Part shown: positions 63,287-64,000 of the stretch, one piece after another | Layout of the letters: each line of letters starts with the position of its first letter | How positions within the stretch are numbered: position 1 is the stretch's first letter | Origin: Priapulus caudatus | Lineage: Eukaryota | DNA length: 64,000 nt | NCBI RefSeq assembly: GCF_000485595.1 | Contig: NW_014577061.1 | Location: 826,365 to 890,364, forward strand | Direction of reading: 5' to 3' | The notes under the pieces: model-generated | What the model was told of the DNA's origin: nothing | The model's database searches: none | The model's input: only the letters and a program-made list of their open reading frames with translations | Translations under genes and position numbers: made by a program

Positions 63287-63505
63287 CACTGGCAGCAAGA
63301 ATCAGTCCGCTGCAGCTACAGCACACACACGGCCATTGTCTATATATAACATCTATATTATCATATATAACATCTATAACATCTATAACATCTATAACAT
63401 ATATAACATCTATAACATCTATATATAACATATAACAAGATGTTATATATAGACAATGGCCGTGTGTGTGCTGTAGCTGCAGCGGACTGGTTCTTGCTGC
63501 CAGTG
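63287..63505. mobile_element. Foldback element (CACTG...CAGTG), P/Galileo-like
   Basis: About 65-bp TIRs around a TATAACATC tandem array; 8-bp TSD GTAATAAC. Confidence 0.8.
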
Positions 63506-64000
63506 GTAATAACGTGGTATACGAATGCGAGCGCGTGGGTTATGGTAGGTTATTCAACTCGGCAGCCGACGCGTGGGATGGGGACCCGTCACCTAGTGAT
63601 CTATCCGCCTCCAGCTAGTCGCAGGTTGTTTGAGAATTATGCTGTTTGTAAACAATGATAAGAGCACCGCATTACACCTGCTAGTTGGCAGCGAGCCAGA
63701 AAAAAACGGCGTTTGAAAGCATAGTACGTGAAAAGTGGCGCTCGGTATAAACACGCGGGAGGGCCGCTTCATGTGATTTCAATGATCAGTCGCCTACGGT
63801 GTGGTTGGTATAACATCAGCAAACATGTGAGAGAAGCTTTAGACCTATATTGCACAGTACTGTCCTGCGTTACAGAAGTTGCAGAAAAAAACGATTACAA
63901 CCCAAAGTACGGTAATGTGAAACACGTTTTCCCATTGACTTCAGTTTTACAATTGGAGATGCGTTCCCACGGAAATTCCTCCGGCCAAAAAGTGCTATGA

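Overview
Eukaryotic, intron- and transposon-rich invertebrate genomic DNA with several N gaps. It carries a + strand tandem array of three SLC6 (sodium:neurotransmitter symporter family, SLC6A15/17-like neutral amino-acid transporter) copies. Copy B (11729-39500) is complete: 9 coding exons whose phases I could join without frameshift into a 657-aa protein, with one probable GC-AG intron. Copy A (<1-3283) is a near-identical duplicate of B that lacks exons 3-7. Copy C (from 45085) is a more divergent paralogue, and only its exons 1-2 are visible. The rest is mostly transposon debris: PIF/Harbinger (transposase and MADF fragments, MITEs), hAT (ZNF862-like fragment, MITEs), an RTE-clade LINE, a Gypsy fragment, Helentron-type non-autonomous elements, satellites and foldbacks. 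The most unusual signal is a set of 22-50 bp CA...TG palindromes, each flanked by a 7-bp (once 8-bp) target-site duplication. Two of them have an empty paralogous site inside the window. They look like micro-MITEs or excision footprints of P/Galileo-superfamily transposons. Some segments appear to be uncorrected long-read gap fills and should not be over-interpreted.
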